From assembly GCA_950097015.1 (NCBI GenBank), contig CATNEN010000038.1, positions 3,286,001 through 3,350,000 on the forward strand: 64,000 bases of DNA. The letters run 5' to 3'. The position numbers and the translations under genes are program-made. Shown piece by piece: positions 36,607-50,418 of the stretch. The notes below the pieces were generated by a model. That model did not search any database and was not told where the DNA came from. It saw only the letters and a list, made by a program, of their open reading frames with translations. Within the stretch, counting starts at the first letter, position 1; the number at the start of each line of letters is the position of its first letter. The DNA comes from Macrostomum hystrix (lineage: Eukaryota; Animalia; Platyhelminthes).

Positions 36607-37344
36607 CCAATCGAACTGTGTCAGCTAATTTAATTTGCTTAAATATGGTACCTCATATTCTCCTGTAGCTATTGTATTGTACTTTATGTATTGTACAGAA
36701 ACCATTGTAGCACTGGAATTCCGAAACACTTCAAAGAAGCCCACATGTTACGGGCCAATTCACAACAAGACTGTAGACAATGGGCCAAAGAATACTTTCT
36801 TTGTTGTACTGCGAATTTGTTGTGTGCAACCAATGACTTGACTTTGCGTTGTCCAGTACAGTCAGTGCGGTTCGGAAGCTTTCTGATTTCATTTATTTCT
36901 GCTGAACGCATTTCTGAGTTCATGCGCAGTAGAGTGCGGTCCTCACGTCATCAATAATTTGTATTTTCCACTGAGGCTGTATGTTTTTTTGTTGGGGTCA
37001 AGCGAGTATTGATTTTTTCTGTTATTTAACTCGTTGCATCGGCACAGCATTTTTTTATTCGCGAACTCTCATTCAGTCCAGCGAAAAGTAAAGCAGCCCT
37101 CATTTTTTCTTAAGTTTATCCTACTCAGCTGAATGCACAGAAAAAGCTCCACGTGACTCGCTGCCTCCTGCAGAGACCTTTGCTAACTGCAAATAAACTG
37201 CAATGCACGTTTTCCAACAGCAAAAGCAGCGACACCGTTAAGTTCTACAGCTGATGAGCTGCATGCATGGTAAATGACAACACCTTTTCTGAGTGCTTAG
37301 TCTTTGCTTAACATTGTCAGCAAACAGTCTAGATATCACAAGTC

Positions 37345-39562
37345 TGTGATATCTACTGATGGATGGTACAGGACTGTGATATCTACTGATGGATGGTACA
37401 GGACTGTGATATCTACTGATGGATGGTACACGACTGTGATATCTACTGATGGATGGTACACGACTGTGATATCTACTGATGGATGGTACACGACTGTGAT
37501 ATCTACTGATGGATGGTACACGACTGTGATATCTACTGATGGATGGTACAGGACTGTGATATCTACTGATGGATGGTACACGACTGTGATATCTACTGAT
37601 GGATGGTACAGGTCTGTGATATCTACTGATGGATGGTACAGGACTGTGATATCTACTGATGGATGGTACAGGACTGTGATATCTACTGATGGATGGTACA
37701 GGTCTGTGGTATCTACTGATGGATGGTACACGACTGTGATATCTACTGATGGATGGTACACGACTGTGATATCTACTGATGGATGGTACAGGACTGTGAT
37801 ATCTACTGATGGATGGTACAGGACTGTGATATCTACTGATGGATGGTACAGGTCTGTGATATCTACTGATGGATGGTACAGGACTGTGATATCTACTGAT
37901 GGATGGTACACGACTGTGATATCTACTGATGGATGGTACACGACTGTGATATCTACTGATGGATGGTACAGGACTGTGATATCTACTGATGGATGGTACA
38001 GGACTGTGATATCTACTGATGGATGGTACAGGTCTGTGATATCTACTGATGGATGGTACAGGACTGTGATATCTACTGATGGATGGTACACGACTGTGAT
38101 ATCTACTGATGGATGGTACACGACTGTGATATCTACTGATGGATGGTACACGACTGTGATATCTACTGATGGATGGTACACGACTGTGATATCTACTGAT
38201 GGATGGTACAGGACTGTGATATCTACTGATGGATGGTACACGACTGTGATATCTACTGATGGATGGTACAGGTCTGTGATATCTACTGATGGATGGTACA
38301 GGACTGTGATATCTACTGATGGATGGTACAGGACTGTGATATCTACTGATGGATGGTACAGGTCTGTGGTATCTACTGATGGATGGTACACGACTGTGAT
38401 ATCTACTGATGGATGGTACACGACTGTGATATCTACTGATGGATGGTACAGGACTGTGATATCTACTGATGGATGGTACAGGACTGTGATATCTACTGAT
38501 GGATGGTACAGGTCTGTGGTATCTACTGATGGATGGTACACGACTGTGATATCTACTGATGGATGGTACACGACTGTGATATCTACTGATGGATGGTACA
38601 GGACTGTGATATCTACTGATGGATGGTACAGGTATGTGATATCTACTGATGGATGGTACACGACTGTGATATCTACTGATGGATGGTACACGACTGTGAT
38701 ATCTACTGATGGATGGTACAGGTCTGTGATATCTACTGATGGATGGTACAGGTCTGTGATATCTACTGATGGATGGTACAAGTCTGTGATATCTACTGAT
38801 GGATGGTACAGGTCTGTGATATCTACTGATAGATGGTACAGGTCTGTGATATCTTACTGCTGGATGGTACAGGTCTGTGATATCTACTGATGGATGGTAC
38901 AGGACTGTGATATCTACTGATGGATGGTACACGACTGTGATATCTACTGATGGATGGTACACGACTGTGATATCTACTGATGGATGGTACAGGACTGTGA
39001 TATCTACTGATGGATGGTACAGGACTGTGATATCTACTGATGGATGGTACAGGTCTGTGGTATCTACTGATGGATGGTACACGACTGTGATATCTACTGA
39101 TGGATGGTACACGACTGTGATATCTACTGATGGATGGTACACGACTGTGATATCTACTGATGGATGGTACAGGTCTGTGATATCTACTGATGGATGGTAC
39201 AGGTCTGTGATATCTACTGATGGATGGTACAGGTCTGTGATATCTACTGATGGATGGTACAAGTCTGTGATATCTACTGATGGATGGTACAGGTCTGTGA
39301 TATCTACTGATAGATGGTACAGGTCTGTGATATCTTACTGCTGGATGGTACAGGTCTGTGATATCTACTGATGGATGGTACAGGACTGTGATATCTACTG
39401 ATGGATGGTACACGACTGTGATATCTTACTGCTGAATGGTACAGGTCTGTGATATCTTACTGCTGGATGGTACAGGACTGTGATATCTACTGATAGATGG
39501 TACAGGTCTGTGATATCTTACTTCTGGATGGTACAGGTCTGTGATATCTTACTGCTGGATGG
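37345..39562 (-). repeat. 30-nt satellite, right arm
   Basis: Reverse complement of the 22286-24060 unit; longer array. Confidence 0.97.
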
Positions 39563-40697
39563 GCCAGAACTTGTTGTTCCTGATAGCTGAATTTAGCCAT
39601 AAAAAGACGTTTAAATTGTATTTTGTGCTTCATGGTCCAAGAGACGCTATTGAACTTTGTTGCAGGTGCGTGTAGGATAAACTTTGCGGACGTCGGATGT
39701 AACGTTGAGATCGTTGTAACGTTGTAGCGTTGATGATAACGTTGACTTGGTTATAAAAAACGAACAAGTTCAGGTTTGGCATAGGAAGCCATCTGTGTGC
39801 GTAAATAAAAATGGAGTAGCTAAATTTTGATTCAAATGAAGCTCATAGATTAAAAGAAAATTTTAATGAAACAAATGTTTGCATAAATTGTGCTTTTGTA
39901 AATAATTTTTGTAACACGTGTTAATTTTTGTTGTACGTGTTAAGACTTCTTTTGGCGTATTTTCGTGTGCGATATAAGTCCGTTGGCGTGCACGCCGTGA
40001 GCGTACAGAATCTAGGCCCTAGGGAAGCGAACGCTACGGTGGAACGCTAGAAATAGGTTAGGCCTATTGTTCCTCAATTGGAAGTTTGGGATACAACAAG
40101 AATACTAGCTGTAAAAATAGAAATATAGCTTTATATATTATTAATAATAAAGCTACATCAACGCTACACCCCACCCCTATATTATTTTTTATATGAAATT
40201 TTGGGTTAGGGCCTGGGCCTATTAAGAAAAAATTCACTAATAAGCTATCAGGAACCAGCCAAGCCTAGTCTACTTTCATTTACATTTGTTATCTTCGGCT
40301 TAGGTTTAGGCTTATTATTAACAAAACTTTACTTTAGTTATGTCACTCTCATATTTTTGTATAAGTTATAGCCAGTGTAGTTAAGGATTTTATATCAACC
40401 ATAGTTGCCAGTGGCATGCTATGAAATATTTAGCCATTTGGTTAGGACTGCTGATTGGGCAAGTACCAACTTGCCACACCTGTGCTATTTTAGCCCTATT
40501 GCGCTATTGTGCTACTTTTTGTAAAATATATTAAATCCTGTGCTAAATGATACAAAATTGTATATTTCACATTAGTTCCCTTCCTCAGACTCATCTCATG
40601 TAGAATAGCCAGGGAAGGGAAGGAAATGAATGACCAAAAAGGACAGTACACATACACTGAAAACATAATTACATGTTATTTATTACTAACTGCTTTG

Positions 40698-40970
40698 CAT
40701 ACATGCGCAACACCTGGCCAACCCAGCTGAACTGGCTGGGTGAAACAAGGGCCAAGCAAGCTAAGTCACAAAAACCAATCAACCAAGAGCAAAAAATCAA
40801 AGGGGGGACCCAGGGACAAAAAAGGAAGGTGTGAAGAAAAGGAAAAAGGGGAGAGAAAAAGAGAGCAAATGAGAGCAAACTAAGTCGTAAATAGAGCAAT
40901 GAAATGAACTAAGTCGCAAATGAGAGCAAGTCACATGTCTGGCTAAGATTTGGGAGGTTGCACATGTATG
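40698..40970. mobile_element. MITE related to 5432-5562 (opposite orientation), with an internal purine-rich expansion
   Basis: CTGCTTTG|CATACATGCGCAAC...GTTGCACATGTATG|CCGCTTTG (TSD 7/8). Confidence 0.8.
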
Positions 40971-42663
40971 CCGCTTTGTTTATCTGTCCTTCTACCCAAG
41001 ATGGCTGCTCCTTATCAGCTTGCCCCCAACCCTTTCCCCTTTCTAGGCACCTCCCATCCCTTGCTTGTGCTCTATGACTCTACCCCTCTCACTATATATC
41101 TCACCCTAGTCATGCCGCCCCTCCCTGGGCTAGGGTGAGACTAAGCCAAAACCCTCAATGTACATATAGGGTCTGAGGGGTGGGGTTTGGTTTACCCCTG
41201 ACCCAATCGCAGTCCTAACCAAATGGCCCAGCTAAAGCTCTTTATTTAATCACTTTTAAACAGAGAATTTATTTTTCAATAAAGTAGGCCTAGCAGAAAA
41301 CTGAGAAAATACTATTTAATTGAATAGATGCTTGCACCAGGCATTAGTTCCAAAGCAAAGCCTAAGCAAAAGCCAAACCAACAAGGCCAAGCCACAAAAT
41401 AGGACAAAGACTGGCTAAAAATAAAGATAACTCTGGGCTTTGTAGACTTGTGGTTACTGCTTATGAATTTTATAGTTCATTTAAGTTTTAAACAATTTAT
41501 CTAATGCTGCGCTAAGTTTTTTATTCAGTGCTAATATTTCATTGCTTGCTAGTGGCAACTGTGATATCAACATATAGCTACTAGCTTTTTTAAACACAAA
41601 AACACAAATCATCCACATACCAAAAATTGAACAACAAAGTGCTGAGAAAAGAAATACAAATGATATGCTGCTTATTGCATATCCATTTTTATATCTTCCT
41701 ACACTGATTAAGAATAATGTAGGGCTAATAGGTCTGTTTACAGCTTTTGTTGAATAGCTATATTATCCAAAAGTATCAGAAAAACACTTCAGTGTTGTCA
41801 GTGGAATATCCAGCTGCTGCACTGGAAGACATAGAAAGTACAATATGAGGCATGTCTTGAGGGTCACAATTAGCCTAGTCAGTGGCCAGTTTGGCTTGGA
41901 CAATAGGCAGGCCTATTGTAGTGGTTGGCAGGACCATCAAGGTAGGCAGCATGTCCATTGTGGTAGGCTGCAGTTCCATTGTCGCAAACAGCAGGTTCAT
42001 TGAGGTGGACAGCTCACTTATCAAAGTTTTAACTATTGTTGCCTTGCCAAGACATTGGTCCAGGAAGAGCCATAGCTTAAGACATGCAAGGCTTGATGTA
42101 AAGCCTTTTAGCTGCAATGGGTTGCTTAAATGTGGACAAAAGGCACATTTTAGCTGATTGTAGTTTATTTTCATGCCCATACAGCCTTTGACTAAAATGG
42201 TAGAAGCAAAAAGCAACAGCAAAAGTCAATTTTAAATTTGGGCTATCACAGGAAAGCTTAAACAACAATAATTTCAAATGAAATCTTAGAAAGTGTAGAA
42301 GGAAAGAAAGAAAGGCAAAATGCCAAATAAAACAGCTACACAGATTGGTCAGAGATGAGAAAAATTCTTGCTTATCTTAGTTGTGCCACTTGGCAATGCT
42401 GTGTACTTTCATAACTGGGTTGTTATCAGTTTAGAAAGCTAGCTGGCTATGCTCACAGATGATAAGGAATATACTTTTGTATTTAAAATATTGTCTCTGC
42501 ATGCAGCAACGTTTAGAGTTTAAGCCTACATCTTATAATTTTATCTAAATCACTTTTTAGATTTCAGCCATAGAACATTTTCGGATGCCTTTCTTTAGAT
42601 GCCTCCTCGAGTTGTAGAAGCAGCTTATTGCAATTAATCCGAGTATAAGATACTGGCTCAATC

Positions 42664-44732
42664 ATGCTGGCGCGAGAAGTCTTATCAGTTTTTTGCAAGC
42701 AGGCGATGGCCCGGCATCCAATTGTTGTTCATCTGTTACCAGTGTTTGTTATTGTGAGTGATTGACAGTGATAGTAATGGCAAATTAGGCAATATTTAAT
42801 AGAAGTCCATTAGAAAATTCTTTTATTTTTGAGGCCACTATAGGTTGAGCCATTTTAGACATTCACGCTCCGATTATAAAGGCTTATGAGTTATCACAAA
42901 CAGCTACATGACTGATAAAGCCTAAGCTCTTAGATAGTTCTCAAAGCCCGTTATACTGAGCTGAATGCTAGTTAGACTGAGCTCATGGTCTAGACGGACA
43001 TTAATGCCTACAAGAAAAATATCAAATGCTTTCTTAAAGAGTTTAAAGCCGGTTAGACAGAACCCAGGACGAGGGCCTTTTTGCCTGTTAGATAGAGCTC
43101 AATGTCTGTTCTGTTAGGCAGCTCAAGATACTTGATAAGTCTTACAATGAGAAAATAATACAGCAGTCTAATTATCTGTAAAAACGGCTAAGAGTTACAA
43201 CTAGCAAGCTTTTACTGTCTTTGAATTTCAGCCCTTTATTTGTTTAAAAGGAATACCAAGTATTTACCTACAAATCGAATTTTACTTTATCAAAATATGC
43301 ACAATCGACAGGTGCTCGTGTTCCTTGTAGTCTATATGGTTCCAAAAATGCCGGAGGACAGCTTCGCCGAGATCGGCGACCCAATCCGTGTGGCTCCTGT
43401 ACAGGGCGGCGGCAACAGGAACTTCAGCATTCCACATATCCTGCACCAGACTTTCGCCTCCGAGATGGTCTACGAGAACTACAAGCCGTTCATCAACAGC
43501 TGCCTGTCGCTGAACCCCGACTGGACCTACTACCTGTGGCGGGACTCGGATGCCGAGGCCCTGCTGTCGGAGCATTATCCCCAGTACCTCAGTACCTACA
43601 AAGACTTCAGCGATAATCTTCAACGCTCGGACGCCATTCGATACGTCATTCTGCACAAGTTCGGAGGTTGTAAATTAATCAGATGAAGCACGTATGTTGT
43701 AGCTTCGAGATCCTTAAGATAACAGTCTGAGATACGAGACTAAGAAGTGGCACATTTAGATCGCATTATACTTCAGTTATTAATTCGATACACCATAGAT
43801 GTCTAGTCAAGTTTGAACTAAATGAAACACCCGCAGGTATCTACCTGGACATGGACGTGAAATGCCTTCAGCCGTTCCACCCGACGCTCACCAGCCATGC
43901 GGCCTTCCTGGACCAGGAGCGGGTGGAGCAGACCCGCATTCTCTGGAGTCAAGAGTTCAGTGCAATGAACTCCTTGATGGGATCGGTGCCGGGACACTTA
44001 TTTTTCCAAGTGGTGTCGGACCGAGTGCTCACCAGGAAGCTTCCAGGCAATGCATTCTACTCAACGGGACCGAAAGTTCTCACAAGCGTGTTTAAATGGC
44101 ATCAGGAGAGCCCGGCTGCCAGGATCTGGCCGGTGACGCTGCTGCCTCCGAGCGTTGGCTCGCCTCTGATGGATCCGGATAAGGACTGGAAGGCTCGATG
44201 CCGCAACGCAAGTGAGTGAGAAGTGTACATAGGATTTGATCTGATGATTGGGAGACCCAGAGGGTGAACCAGCCAAGGCTGCGGGTTCGTCGCACGCGCT
44301 AGTTGAACACCGTAAGACGGTGTTCTCAGAACCTGAACTGTTTAAACCTTGCGAGCTGGCCCTATTAGGCAAGGACCGTCAAACGTATTGACAAAAGGAC
44401 CAAAGGGATTGTTGGCTAATGCTCATTTAGGAAATTTCTTGCATATCAACTTTTTCATTCGGGAATGACGCAAAGCTCATTCGCGCTGCCCATATTTCGC
44501 AGAAAAAATTGGCGCCGACTCACCACTGGGCTGGCTCGACCGCGGCTGCCGCATGCTGGAAGCGAAGCAGTGGCAACTGGACGACACGAACGACCGCACG
44601 GTGGCGGTGCACCATTTTCTGCACCTCGGCTACGATTTCTCAGCTTACCACAGGAGGACTCTGTTCAACATGACGCAACTTTTTGGCCTTAGACTGCAGT
44701 TCTATAACTCCAACTCTGTTTCTAGCCACTAG
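42664..44732 (+). CDS. GT32-like DXD glycosyltransferase (SUR1/OCH1-like) copy 1; exons 42664-42753, 43312-43666, 43837-44211, 44503-44732
   Basis: Type II membrane anchor, then IPHILHQT...NPDWTYYLW...[21 protein letters not shown]. Compatible splice phases. Confidence 0.88.
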
Positions 44733-44861
44733 AATACTGCTCGCAGACTGAGTCACCGTGGGGCGCACAGACTACTAATAATAGATCTACCCGTTTCTGT
44801 TTTGGTCGTTAGGGACAGTGTAACAAATTTGCTGAATGGAAGCCATTTTTCGAGTAAGAAC

Positions 44862-45145
44862 CATGGAGGAAAGAATAGATGGAGTGCCAATCTGAGCCGG
44901 TTATTTTTGTTTCGCTCGATCTTCACTTTTAACATCCCGTTCCCCCCCGTTCCTTCCTATTGGCTCGTGACTGCCATAGACGAACTCGTTTTCGTCCCCC
45001 TCTGAAAGTAATATCCAGTTCGTATTAAGAGCATACATCAAAATATGCTTTTCAGAGTATTAGTTTCTAGTGTAGCTCACACTAGTGTAGCCGGAAACAA
45101 AAATAACCGGCTCAGATTGGCACTCCATCTATTCTTTCCTCCATG
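44862..45145. mobile_element. P-element-like MITE with perfect 52-bp TIRs and 8-bp TSD
   Basis: GTAAGAAC|CATGGAGGAAAGAATAG...CTATTCTTTCCTCCATG|GTAAGAAC. Confidence 0.92.
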
Positions 45146-45299
45146 GTAAGAACGGCTACATTAATCTAGCTAAGCTTAATTGCAGAGCATTGCTCATAAC
45201 AGGCTAACAGCTTCAGCACAGTTGTCGCTTGGACAACAAACTAATTAGCAGTTTGGATAGAGTTTATTTAGTGGCAGTGGAAGCAAAAGGTGAGGCAGA

Positions 45300-46012
45300 T
45301 AGAAAGGAACATGGACACGCTTGAGGGCACGCTTACACGCTAAGAGAACCTGTAACGGAGAGGTGGTCTTGTACATAGATATAAAAGTGGTAAACGCAAA
45401 TGGATGAGGTCACAGACAATAAATAAGGTTAGCTGCAACTAATGTGTTAAGGGGACTAAAAGTACATGAAAACGTAAGACGCATTTACGAAACTTCACAA
45501 ATTGGTGGCAGATACAGAATACAGCGATGTTGGCATTGGGGAAAATGAATAGCGAAGTAATGCGGAATTGTCAACAGACTAGAAAAACAAAGTCCATCAA
45601 AACGCACAGAGAGAACTTTGAGTCAGAGTTCCGAAGGCACTGGACTCAGATCAGGATGGGAAAATCAGCCAAGCTCAGCCACTTCTATTACACATTTAAG
45701 AAATATTTCTCCCGAGAAAAGTACCTAACAATAATCTCTAACCCAGAACAAAGGCGCACAATGTCCCGATTTCGTCTAGGAAACCACAAACTGGCCTGTG
45801 AGACATTGCGCACTGTAAGACCGAAAATCGCCTATGAAAACAGAACATGTCCAAAATGTAGAGTCGAGGTAGAGAACAAAACTCATATTCTCTTTAGATG
45901 CGATTGGTCCGTTTATGTTCCAATTAGAAATAAATTCATAGAGAAAGTGGCAGGCACTGTTCGAAATTTCGAAAGCCTAACAGCTGATGACAAAATTTTA
46001 AATGTTCTGTAA
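45300..46012 (+). mobile_element. 5'-truncated non-LTR retrotransposon, ORF2 C-terminus
   Basis: RFRLGNHKLACET...RTCPKC...EVENKTHILFRC: a CCHC motif typical of LINE ORF2 C-termini. A related fragment (ENRLCPKC) lies at ~46880-46955. Confidence 0.8.
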
Positions 46013-47279
46013 TTTGCATTTATATATATATGCATGCAACTGTTTTTCTATTGCCTTTTTTAATCTAATCGTTCAGGATTGTTACCAACATGAAATAAAC
46101 AAAACATCAGCACCCAATCGGCGTGTGCATTTCAATAATAATAATAATAATAATTTTTTATATGCGAAATTATTAAACAACAACACTTCGTCACTCTGGG
46201 ACTTTTGCTTTAGTTCGGGTTAGTCAGCCAAAAATACAGGAAATAGCTAACCCTGCAGGAGAACTACCAAGGGGCCCCCTGACAATTTTTTGCTGCACCC
46301 GAACGGAACAATGCAAGCACACGAAACTCAAGAACACAGCCAACTTTTTCTTGCGCATCTTCTGAATTAAGAAACAAGTCGCCAGCTCTTCAGACCGTCG
46401 AGATATTCAATGTTTCTGGCCGAAGGTCCGATTTTTCCCATACGAGCTAGTGTATTTCATACACCCCTATACACGAATTTGCACTGCGCTTCAGTGCGGC
46501 CTTGCCAGGCCTTCAAACTTTATCAGCATGTCACCCGAGTGTGCCTGCATCATCTCCGTCTTCGGTGGTCACCTACCTTTATCTAGACAGACTGCTGGAC
46601 CTTCAAGGGCTACAACAGGTGGAACTAAGCTACTATGGACACCCTGACGCGAATTTCTCAAATTTCAATGCTCAAGCCAAAATATTAGGCGCAGCTCAAC
46701 CACCTCAAATATTAGGCGCAGGACACCATCGCCTAGCCTGTCAACCAATCAGTCACCACCCAACGCTGTTAGCATTCGGGCGCTGTTAAAAAAATTGTCA
46801 GGGGGGAAATCCCCCCCTTGGTATGAAAACGGGCGGCAAAATGGCTTGGTAGTCCTACTGTTAATCTGACACTGGTAACATTTAGATTACGGTGGCATAT
46901 GTAACCGAAAGACCGAGAATTCCTGACGAAAATAGACTATGTCCAAAGTGCCATGCCTTCGAATGGAAGAACCAAAGTCAATTTTCACATACAACTTTTT
47001 TCAAACTTCGCTTGTTTGACAGCAGAGGATGGATCATTATACTCGTATTTATTGGTGGATACTGCGATATCTGAGATCACAGCAAAGTTTATAATTTGGA
47101 CAGTGGAGACTCGAGTGCAAATTATTATTGAAGCATTATTTTTTGCACACCTTAAATTGCTGAATTATTTTCCAATTCTACTGGAAAATATATTCTCGTC
47201 TGTAACAGCTTTTCATTTAAATGCACATTCTAATTAAGTTCTAATTAAGTTCATTCTAATTAATAACAAACTGTGAGAA

Positions 47280-47824
47280 CCAATCACAGTTTTGAAGACA
47301 ACCAGAGCCCTATTGCAATGTCGAAGAATACTGGCGTCTACTGTCTTACGCGGACAAAGCACATTGATAGTCGACATCACTTTATTCGAGAAGCCGTTCA
47401 AAATGGTTTGATTAAAGTTGTCTACTGTCCAACAAGTGAAATGGTTGCTGACATTTTGACGAAACCGTTAACAAAGGAAAGATTCAACACACTACGATCA
47501 ATGCTCGGACTGGTAGGTATTCCTACTTGTAACTGATGTTGAAGACGTGTAATAGCAAACTCATGTTCACGATCTGAAACTGACAAGTGGGAGTGTTAAA
47601 ATACATTTAATTGTTAGTTTTAACTACAGGCTAGATGTTCAAATTATATCCAAGTGGTTTTCCTTCTAGAACAATCATTCAGAGATTTTCCAATCAGTTT
47701 CAGTATACCTCAGGGGCCTATGATATAAACTGCCTATATTTTGTTCGCCAAGCTATGCAAGCACTTTCGCTCCTTATACCCCCTTTCTAAATACACTGTT
47801 AAAGAATTACACTGGATAATAACA
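47280..47824 (+). mobile_element. Copia LTR retrotransposon 3' end: RNase H tail, PPT and 3' LTR (47594-47824)
   Basis: EDNQSPIAM...RTKHIDSRHHFIRE...CPTSEMVADILTKPL; PPT AAGTGGGAG followed by TGTTA...TAACA. Confidence 0.88.
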
Positions 47825-49116
47825 CCCGAGTGGCCAAGAATCAACTTCAACACCACCGACTTGGACTGCGCTAGTCTGTTGAGCTGAAAGTTACAGTCTA
47901 CAGTGGCGCAACTAGGCGGCGGCCGCCTCTTCCCACTGCTGTTATAATTCGTAAGACATGATGCAGCAGTTACTACTTGGCCTACTTAAAAAAATTGTGA
48001 GTTATGGGATAGTCAGCAATCTAATCTAATCTAATCTAATCACATCAGCAATGTTTTAGTTTCAAGTAGTTGTACAAATAGGGAAATAACCAAGTTCTAC
48101 AACAACAACAATAACAAAGGACACAAGACCCAAAAGTTAGGGAGGCGGCGTCAGATGGTGCGCTGAACAAATTCCGCCCCGTTGGCAGTGTCTGGCGCCT
48201 CAATGCGTCCATTGGGAGCGGATAAGGTTACTCTGCGCGGAAGGTTGGCATCTAAGGAGTGAAGAATTTCACTGCCAATAGGTCTGTAGGTGCTGGAAAA
48301 AAAATAGACAACAGCAGCGAGTCGACATGGACGTCTCAGAGACTTCAAACTAACTTTATCAAGCCCTAGATCATAAAACTGTTGTGTGCATTGTGTGCTT
48401 GCTAAAACCTTCTGTTACAAAAGAATTGCCTTATAAAAACTCTGTTTATGCAAAGAAGCAGACACAAAGGTATAAAAATTAAATAAAATTTTTCTGTGAT
48501 TTGACACGAACTCAGCAATGAATCGGATTAGAATGGGAAGGATTTTTTGATAATCCTAAGTTCTTACTCAATTTTATTTAAGCTCTAACCAAAATCTTCC
48601 TACAAAAAATCGACAAACAAAAGTCGTCGCTTTGGAGTTTCCTAGTTTTTAGCTTGCCCTGAAATATAAGATTTTCAAATCTTTCAACCTATTCCTTTCT
48701 TCCAATTCATGGTCAGCGCCTCGCTTCCAGACAAGAATAATATTTTTTTTAATTGTAGGCTAACCAGTCGCTCAACTTTCTGACAAGAACTGTTGCACTC
48801 AATTATCGGCTTCGAGTCACTTCGGCCTGACCACGAGTCAGATTTCCGCCTCCTCTCAGCACTATACGCTTGCTTTCGATGGCCCGACTGAGCAGTCTTC
48901 TGAAGCAAGCAGTCGGAATTCTCGTGAGACTCTCAGGCTTTCAGTCTGGAATAATAAACTTTCAGCCAAGTAGCTCGTTTATCTTCTAGCGTGTCGAATT
49001 ATCATTAAGTCCTGTGATTCTTAAGGTTAGAGTTCGGGAATAGAGATCGTTCGGTCAGCAACAAGCAGTCGATTGTATTCGAGAAAGTAATATTTAGAGC
49101 GTAATCACGATTGCAG

Positions 49117-50418
49117 GCTCTTGCGGCACTAACAATTCAGCTATTCTGGACTAGCAGGACACAGCAATTGCTAAAATCTGAACCCACGACTAAGAATAAC
49201 GATGTAACGCTGCTCAGAAAGGAGAGCAGCAGTCCGAGAAACTTGAGCATTCCACACATCCTGCACCAGACCTTCGCCTCCGAGTTGGTCTACGAGAACT
49301 ACAAGCCGTTCATCAACAGCTGCCTGTCGCTGAACCCCGACTGGACCTACTACCTGTGGCGGGACTCGGATGCCGAGGCCCTGCTGTCGGAGCATTATCC
49401 CCAGTACCTCAGTACCTACAAAGGCTTCAGGGACAATCTTCAACGCTCGGACGCCATTCGATACGTCATTCTGCACAGGTTCGGTGGTAAGCGGATTGAG
49501 ACTGATCAGTACAATGGTGAGAAGTTCTCTCTCTGAGTCAAGAAACTCTAAGCTGGCCAGGGTTTCTAGATTCTTGATTAGAGGCAGCTCTGATACTAAC
49601 CAGACGCAATAGAATTCAGAGATCCGATCAAGACCCGACAGACCCCAGAGACCCAAGCGGTACCAAAAACCCTCAAGTGATCGGAGTTATCCTGAAATAT
49701 TCTCAGGCATCTACCTGGACATGGACGTGGAGTGCGTCAAGCCCTTCCACCCGACGCTCACAGCTCAGGCGGCCTTCCTGGATCAGGAGCGGCAAGAGCA
49801 GACCCGTATTCTCTGGAACTGGGAGTTCAGCGCAATGAACTCTCTGATGGGATCGGTGCCGCGACACCCGTTCTATCGAATAATGTCGCAGAAGGTGCTT
49901 ACAAAGGTGCTTCCAGGAAACGCATTCTACACCACCGGACCGGCCGTACTCACGCAGGTGTTTCGCGAGTACCGAGACAGCCCGGCTGCCAGTGACTGGC
50001 CGGTGACGCTGCTTCCTCCGAGCGTCGGCTCGCCGCTGATGGACTGGCAGACCAACTGGACTGAAGTCTGTCTCAAGGCCAGTAAGTCGTAAATAGCTGG
50101 CTGATTATCAAAATTGCTTTGTTAATAATTAAAGCTTATTATTTCCCAATGAAAAAACGCTTCGTGACCACCCGTGTATATCACAGCCTCAATTTTGTTT
50201 TCCTTTGTTCAGAGCCTGAAGTCCACAATGGAGTGGACTGGGCATTCGAAGGATGCCGGATGCTGGAAGCAAAGAACTTCAACCTGGACGAAACCGACAC
50301 TGGCACCGTTGCCATTCACCGCTGGTTGCACCTGGGCTACGAGCACTTCCACAGGCAGAAAAATCCAACTTTTAACGTCTCTAAAGCTTTCCTGCCTAGG
50401 GTGACTTTTTTTCGCTAG
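49117..50418 (+). CDS. GT32-like glycosyltransferase copy 2; exons 49117-49486, 49707-50081, 50213-50418 (first exon not located)
   Basis: Same motifs and intron positions as copy 1. Confidence 0.85.

Larger units (their letters stand above)
21950..39712. other. Large inverted duplication (palindrome): arms ~22285-29069 and ~32564-39562, 3.5-kb spacer, diverged ~85-bp inverted outer ends
   Basis: Mirror-image ORFs (coordinate sum 61633 across the gene) and mirrored satellites. Outer ends 21950-22036 and 39629-39712 share CCTGCAACAAAGTTCAATAGCGTCTCTTGGAC in inverted orientation. Confidence 0.95.

Noticed and set aside
46255-46860. Possible CAG-ended MITE (CAGGAGAACTACCAAG / CTTGGTAGTCCTACTG)
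   Set aside because: Imperfect TIR and no convincing TSD.
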